DNA of 64,000 bases from Bacilli bacterium. GTDB lineage: Bacteria > Bacillota_I > Bacilli_A > RFN20 > CAG-826. Each line of letters begins with the position of its first letter. Positions within the stretch are counted from its first letter, which is position 1. The notes beneath the pieces were generated by a model. The model was not told the origin of the DNA, made no database searches, and was given only the letters and a program-made list of their open reading frames with translations. Below, one piece after another: positions 58,561-64,000 of this stretch. Position numbers and translations under genes: made by a program. The stretch lies in assembly GCA_045628045.1 (NCBI GenBank), contig JAZQOV010000002.1:96001-160000 (forward strand), given 5' to 3'.

Positions 58561-59871
58561 ATGAAAAGATTTCTCAATTTTTTTAAACTGGATGAACGTA
58601 AACTCGACATTTTATTGTTCATTCTTTATGGAGCTTATATATTTACTAATAATTATTTTTATCGTTCTGGATTTTCAAAAATTCCTAATGGGTTGTTAGT
58701 TATAGTTTTGCTTGTTGCTATATTTAAAACATTTTATTGCAAAATACATTATATTAATGTATGCAGTGTATTTTTTGGTATTCTTGCAATTTTTGTTTTG
58801 ATATCAAATCTAATTCAAGGAATATTTTCATATGATTTTATTCTTTTGTTTGCTGTCTGTTATACAGCTTTTATACTATTTTGTAAGAAAAAGACTGACT
58901 ATATTATTCCGTTTATGGCGTTAAATATAATCCCTAAATTTTTAGCCATGAGCCTTATATGTTTGCATTATTTCCGTACTGGGATGTTGTTCACATCCAA
59001 ATTTGGCGCTGATAACTTTTTTATGAACAGAGATGCCCTTGGCTATTTAGGTGGATCTACAATTGGCTATTGCTTATGCTATTTTTTCTGTGTTAAAAAG
59101 GAAAATTTTAAAAATAAACCAATTTTATATATTCTTCTCACTTCTATTGCAATTGTCACAATTCCACTTGGTGCATTTGTGGCGTTAAGAACGGAGAGAC
59201 TTGGTTCAATTATTTCTGTCTTTATTTTCTTATTTGTACTTGTTATTTATACCTTAATTAAAAAAAGAAAATTTGTGTTATTGAGTATATTTGCAGTTGC
59301 TACTTTAGCAATTTTTGGATTTATAATTTTTGGTCCAATTGAAAATATTTCTGTTTTAAATAGGATTCGTCTTTCAATAATGCAAATTGTTTACCCTCAT
59401 CATTATTATGACAATTCGGTAAAAGAACGCTTTTACTTGCTAATTAGAGATTTTAAATATATGTTCCAAGGCCCTATTTTTGGTTTGGGATATAACTCAT
59501 ATTATAACTTTAATGTAATGACCGGACACAACGGGTTTGGTTCCGCGTCAAATCATTATGGTATGTTTTATATTGTTTTATTGATTTTGATGTATTGTTT
59601 TATCGTTAAGAAAATTCATGAAAGTACAGAAAAAAGAAAAGTGGTGGCCTTATTTTTAATTTTTAGTATTTTGTTTTCAATGTTTTATGCAATGCCATTT
59701 ACATCAAGAGGCACCTTCTTTAGCTTAGGTTATCTAATGGGCTGCTATTTAGATGAATATTCAACTGCACGAATTGTTTTTAAGAAAAGAATTAGGCGAA
59801 GAAGAAAATTCGCGTTTGAAATCTCTCAACCAGAGATGAAGATTAAAAAATATAGTGAAGTTAATATTTAG
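58561..59871 (+). CDS. wzy: Wzy-like polymerase / O-antigen ligase family
   Basis: Multi-TM; N.N..G, T..R, S..ER, PIFGLG, HN. Confidence 0.75.
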   Translation: MKRFLNFFKLDERKLDILLFILYGAYIFTNNYFYRSGFSKIPNGLLVIVLLVAIFKTFYCKIHYINVCSVFFGILAIFVLISNLIQGIFSYDFILLFAVCYTAFILFCKKKTDYIIPFMALNIIPKFLAMSLICLHYFRTGMLFTSKFGADNFFMNRDALGYLGGSTIGYCLCYFFCVKKENFKNKPILYILLTSIAIVTIPLGAFVALRTERLGSIISVFIFLFVLVIYTLIKKRKFVLLSIFAVATLAIFGFIIFGPIENISVLNRIRLSIMQIVYPHHYYDNSVKERFYLLIRDFKYMFQGPIFGLGYNSYYNFNVMTGHNGFGSASNHYGMFYIVLLILMYCFIVKKIHESTEKRKVVALFLIFSILFSMFYAMPFTSRGTFFSLGYLMGCYLDEYSTARIVFKKRIRRRRKFAFEISQPEMKIKKYSEVNI

Positions 59872-59882
59872 AGGATTGTTTT

Positions 59883-60944
59883 ATGAAAATTGTTCAAATT
59901 ATTAATACTTTAAGATATAGAGGTGGAGCAGAAGTATTTACTGTTTCACTTTGTGAAGAATTATCCAAAAGAAACGATGTTGATTTGACTTTAGTTTGCC
60001 TTCATTCAAACATTCATCCTTCTTTTCAAAAAGTCATTGATGAAGCAAAAATTAAATTGATAACTATTGATAGAAAGAATAAATTTGATTTTAAGAGCAT
60101 TAGAAGGTTTAAAAACATACTAACAAGTTTAAAACCTGATGTTGTAAATTCGCATTTAGCAATTCCATTAACATATTATTTTGCATTCAAATGTAAAAAA
60201 CAGAACTGGAAGTATTTTCATACAATGCACAATATTGCTAAGTTTGAGTCTAATAAACTTGGAATTTTCGCCTTGAAAAGGCTTAATAAAAAGCAACGCG
60301 TACATTTTATTGGCATATCTGATGATATCTCGAAATCAATCAATGATTTATATGGTAAATGTGAATTGGTCACCATAAATAATGGTGTTAAATTTTTGCA
60401 GGTAAATTCTCAAACGGCGAAACAATATGATCTAATTTGTGTTGCTGGATTTAGACCTCAAAAAAATCACAAACTTCTTTTTGATGCTTTTGAAGAATTA
60501 TATAAAGAAAATAATTCACTACGCTTACTTTGTTTGGGAGACGGAGAACTTTTCAATTATTATCAAAACTACATTAATTCCTTAGCGTGCAAAAACAATA
60601 TTGAAATGCCTGGCGCAGTTGATAGCGTAGGTGAATACTTAGCAAAATCAAAAATTTTCACGTTGACTAGTTATTTCGAAGGAAATCCAATATCAATATT
60701 AGAAGCCTTAAATTTAGGTTTACCAGTGGTTGCTCCTAATGTAGGGGGTATACCTAATATCATTAAAAATGGTAGAAATGGTTTTTTATTTGAAGTTGAT
60801 AACAAACGTGAGCTTGTTTCATGCTTTAAAAAATTATTAGATAATTATTCTTTAGTTAAAGAAATTCAATTAAATAATTTGAAAGATTGCAAAATGTATT
60901 CGATTGAAGAATGCTGCAATCATTATTTAAAATCATATAAGTAA
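59883..60944 (+). CDS. GT4 glycosyltransferase
   Basis: GGAE, HTMHN, R.QKNH, S.FEG.P.SILEA, VGGI. Confidence 0.9.
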   Translation: MKIVQIINTLRYRGGAEVFTVSLCEELSKRNDVDLTLVCLHSNIHPSFQKVIDEAKIKLITIDRKNKFDFKSIRRFKNILTSLKPDVVNSHLAIPLTYYFAFKCKKQNWKYFHTMHNIAKFESNKLGIFALKRLNKKQRVHFIGISDDISKSINDLYGKCELVTINNGVKFLQVNSQTAKQYDLICVAGFRPQKNHKLLFDAFEELYKENNSLRLLCLGDGELFNYYQNYINSLACKNNIEMPGAVDSVGEYLAKSKIFTLTSYFEGNPISILEALNLGLPVVAPNVGGIPNIIKNGRNGFLFEVDNKRELVSCFKKLLDNYSLVKEIQLNNLKDCKMYSIEECCNHYLKSYK

Positions 60945-60953
60945 GGCGCAAAA

Positions 60954-62156
60954 ATGAAAATATTACTTTTGTCTTTAATATTTGAACCAGATGTATGTTC
61001 CGGATCATACATATTTTCTGACTTAGCTACAGAATTTGTCAAAATGGGACACGAGGTTAAGGTCATTACCACGACACCTCATTATGATGAAAAAAACGCG
61101 TTTGAAAAAAGAAAATTATTAACAAAAACAAAATATAAATGGCTATACAAATCAAATTATAATGGTGCCGAGGTTTTTCATATCAATGTTAAGCCAAAAA
61201 AAGGAAATATAATTGACAGATTTGTAACTTTTTATAAGTTACAAACAAAGGCTTTGAAAATAGCTAAGAAATTAAAACTTGATGCTGATGTTATATATTC
61301 TCAAACTCCTCCGATGACTATTGGGATGTATGCAAACAAAATTGCTAGATTAATTGGTTGCAAGAGTGTTAATATTTTGCAAGATTTATGGGTGGATGCT
61401 GTTTATCGTAAGAAGAAAATTTCTAAGTTTTTATATAGAATTTTGTTAAAAATTGAAAAGAAAATACTATTGAAATCTAGTGTTATTACAACTCTTTCTG
61501 ATGAAATGAAACAAGTTGTAGATAGTAAAACAAGCCATAAAAAGGCGGCATTTGTCATTCCTAATTTTGTTAATACAAGTATCTATAAGCCATTAACAAA
61601 AAATTATAGAAGAGAATTTGGCTTTACAGACGAAGATTTTATAATAAGCTACGTCGGAAATATTGGGAAAGCCCAAGACTTAACACCTTTATTAGATATT
61701 GCTAAAATTGATCAGAAAATAAAAATAGTAATTGCTGGCAACGGCGCTTTAGAAAATTATTATAAAGAAATTTGCAAAAACGAATCAATAAAGAATGTTA
61801 AATTTTTAGGTTATGTTTCTAGAGATGAATCTGTAAAGATTAATTCAATTAGCGATATGTGTTCGATAATGCTTGCCAATCACGTAACTTCAACAAGTTT
61901 TCCATCTAAAGTTTATACAATTATGGCATGTGGCAAGCCTATTTTGCTTTCCTGTAATCAAGAATCATCAATTGCTAATTTTGTCAAAAACAATCAAATT
62001 GGAATGTTATTTGACAAAGAGGAATTATTGAAAATTTTTAAAAGCAGGGACTATAGCAAACTTTATAAATATGGACAAAATGGCCTAAAACTTTCTGCTG
62101 AGAAATATACATGTAGTGTTGTCGCAAAACAATATTTGGATGTGGTCAGATTATGA
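60954..62156 (+). CDS. GT4 glycosyltransferase (WbuB-like)
   Basis: GHEV.V.T..PHY, QDLW.D, YVGNIGKAQDL, FPSK....MACGKPI. Confidence 0.85.
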   Translation: MKILLLSLIFEPDVCSGSYIFSDLATEFVKMGHEVKVITTTPHYDEKNAFEKRKLLTKTKYKWLYKSNYNGAEVFHINVKPKKGNIIDRFVTFYKLQTKALKIAKKLKLDADVIYSQTPPMTIGMYANKIARLIGCKSVNILQDLWVDAVYRKKKISKFLYRILLKIEKKILLKSSVITTLSDEMKQVVDSKTSHKKAAFVIPNFVNTSIYKPLTKNYRREFGFTDEDFIISYVGNIGKAQDLTPLLDIAKIDQKIKIVIAGNGALENYYKEICKNESIKNVKFLGYVSRDESVKINSISDMCSIMLANHVTSTSFPSKVYTIMACGKPILLSCNQESSIANFVKNNQIGMLFDKEELLKIFKSRDYSKLYKYGQNGLKLSAEKYTCSVVAKQYLDVVRL

Positions 62157-63277
62157 AAAAAAACATTTTAGAAACAAAAGGCTGCAAATTCATTTCTAAA
62201 AGGCTAAAACCTTTATGTTTTAATAAATCTTTCTCTTATTTTTATAAAAAAGGAAAGATTTTTACTTTTGACAAAGATAATAAATTTCAATTCTTAACAA
62301 AAATTCCGTTAACTTTAAAAGAAAGAGTTTTTAGTAAATTCAGAATCACAGAACGTTTTTTTAGATTAGAACCACAGAGCGCAGTAGTTGCATTCGATTG
62401 TTTGTTTATTGCTCTTCATAAAGGCATATTTTGTTACGATAAAAAAACCAGTACAACAAAATTATTTAAATTTAGAAAGAAATATATTCATACAAGCGAG
62501 CTAACAGTAATTAAAAACATTAAAGGCTTTGATGATTGTGTTGTTTTCGGTGAATACTATTATAATGAAAACCGCGAAAACGTTTGCATTTTTGCTCTTA
62601 AAGATATGGAAAAAGGTTTTGAAAAAGTTTATGAATTTCCTGCGGGAACCATTAGACATATACATTGCGTTAAAGCAAATAAAGAAAATAATTGTCTCTA
62701 TGCTTTAACTGGCGATGAATCGGCAGAATCTGGTATTTTTGAAATCTCGAATAATTTTAAAATTATTAATCCGCTTGCAGTTGGCAGTCAAAAATATAGA
62801 GCGGTAATTATGTTTTTTGACAAAACATTCGCCTATTATGCTACTGACTTTCCTTCATCAATCAACCAATTGTGTGTGTTAAATTTATTGACTGGATCTA
62901 TGACTGAACTTGAACCTCTTTGTGGTCCGTGTACGGTTGGCGCGCAATTGACCAGAGGGTTCCTTTTTTCCTCTAGTGTAGAAACTGTTGAACCTAAAAA
63001 CCACACAAAAATAGAAAAAATTAAGTATTTGTTTTCACACAAAATTGCTCCTGGTATTTTCGATAATAAATCGAGGTTATACTACTTTAATGGTTCATTA
63101 AAAGTCATATCTGAATTTAAAAAAGATATTTTTTCTGCTGGAGCATTTAGGTTTGGAAGAATAATTCCGTATTTTGATAATTACCGCAAAATAATATATC
63201 TTTATTGTTGTTGTTTAAAAAGAATAGATGGCAAACTTTATGCTATTAAAGAAGAGGATTTATTAAAAAATGAGTAA
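62153..63277 (+). CDS. Hypothetical, probable beta-propeller protein of polysaccharide loci
   Basis: FGEY..N, F..GTIRHIH, TGD..ESG, GSQKYRAV, YATD. Confidence 0.6.
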   Translation: MKKNILETKGCKFISKRLKPLCFNKSFSYFYKKGKIFTFDKDNKFQFLTKIPLTLKERVFSKFRITERFFRLEPQSAVVAFDCLFIALHKGIFCYDKKTSTTKLFKFRKKYIHTSELTVIKNIKGFDDCVVFGEYYYNENRENVCIFALKDMEKGFEKVYEFPAGTIRHIHCVKANKENNCLYALTGDESAESGIFEISNNFKIINPLAVGSQKYRAVIMFFDKTFAYYATDFPSSINQLCVLNLLTGSMTELEPLCGPCTVGAQLTRGFLFSSSVETVEPKNHTKIEKIKYLFSHKIAPGIFDNKSRLYYFNGSLKVISEFKKDIFSAGAFRFGRIIPYFDNYRKIIYLYCCCLKRIDGKLYAIKEEDLLKNE

Positions 63278-64000
63278 TGTGTTGTTTGTAACTCCTGTTC
63301 CATCTGATAGAGGTGGTATTGGTGTTTGGATTAAACAGATCGTGAATAATAAAACTCTTTTTGGCAATTTTAACATTTTTAATGTTTATACTTTTGAATA
63401 TAAAAATATTGGTACGAAACATTCTTTTTTTGACAGGTTTGTTCGTAATTTTTTTGACATAAAAAGGGTCAAAAAAGAAATTATCAACCAGATAAGAAAA
63501 AATAAAATTGATATCATTCATATTTCTGTTACAGGAGATTTTAGTTTAATTAGAGATTTTGAAATTTTAAAACTTGCTAAAAAACAGAATATAAAAACTA
63601 TAATGCATCTTCATTTCGGAAAACTTCCTATTATGAAGGAAAAAAATAATTTAAAATTTAAACTTTTTAAAAAATGTTATAAATTAGCAAGTTCAGTTTG
63701 GTGTTTAGATAAAAATAGTTATGAAACTTGCAATTCAATTTCTTTAAAAAGAAATTTTGTTGTTCCAAATTTTATTAATACTAAAGAATTTTTAGTCGAA
63801 AAAAATAAAAGAGATTCAATTTGTTTTATTGGGTGGGTTGTTAAAACAAAGGGTGTTGAAGAACTGTTGCGAGCATGGTCTAAATTAAACAAAGAATTTG
63901 TCAATTTGAAATTAGAATTAATTGGCCCATATGAAGAATCATACAAAGAATATCTTAAGAATAATTTCGATACTAAAAATGTCATTTTTTCTGGAAGACT
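63270..64000 (+). CDS. GT4 glycosyltransferase, 3' truncated by window
   Basis: Not in the ORF track (no stop in window): MSNVLFVTP..RGGIG.W, DIIHI, HLHFG, VPN, FIG....KGVEELL.A. Confidence 0.85.
   Translation, partial: MSNVLFVTPVPSDRGGIGVWIKQIVNNKTLFGNFNIFNVYTFEYKNIGTKHSFFDRFVRNFFDIKRVKKEIINQIRKNKIDIIHISVTGDFSLIRDFEILKLAKKQNIKTIMHLHFGKLPIMKEKNNLKFKLFKKCYKLASSVWCLDKNSYETCNSISLKRNFVVPNFINTKEFLVEKNKRDSICFIGWVVKTKGVEELLRAWSKLNKEFVNLKLELIGPYEESYKEYLKNNFDTKNVIFSGR

Overview
Low-GC Bacillota chromosome segment, probably a Bacilli gut-type lineage (it has an RNA polymerase delta subunit); the taxon cannot be fixed from sequence alone. Four zones: (1) 1-20.7 kb housekeeping genes (MacB-type ABC, csp, ychF, ispF, argS, rpoE, nrnA, cysQ, 5'-nucleotidase, 7 tRNAs, pgi, ispD, mgtE, pduL, SAM riboswitch-metK, hpf). 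(2) 20.8-26.7 kb nucleotide-sugar genes (ugd, fnlA/B/C); ugd, fnlA and fnlC each carry a closely related N-terminal XRE helix-turn-helix. (3) 26.8-46.0 kb string of short accessory/defence units (MNT-HEPN, AbiEi/AbiEii, RhuM, AbiH, ABC-ATPase-DUF4435, RloA/RloB-like, CorA-like, CDF, desulfoferrodoxin, D-LDH), separated by two families of modular intergenic repeats. Most repeat hairpins share a bulged-G C[G]TA/TAG motif with compensatory changes. No integrase or transposase is visible in the window. (4) 46.1-64 kb Wzx/Wzy polysaccharide locus with an HTH-degenerate RmlA fusion and an RmlA/RmlB/VioA-like + two ATP-grasp + amino acid permease module. Strongest novelty candidates: the repeat-delimited cassette array and the HTH-nucleotide-sugar enzyme fusions. 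All calls are by eye from motifs; no database searches were run.
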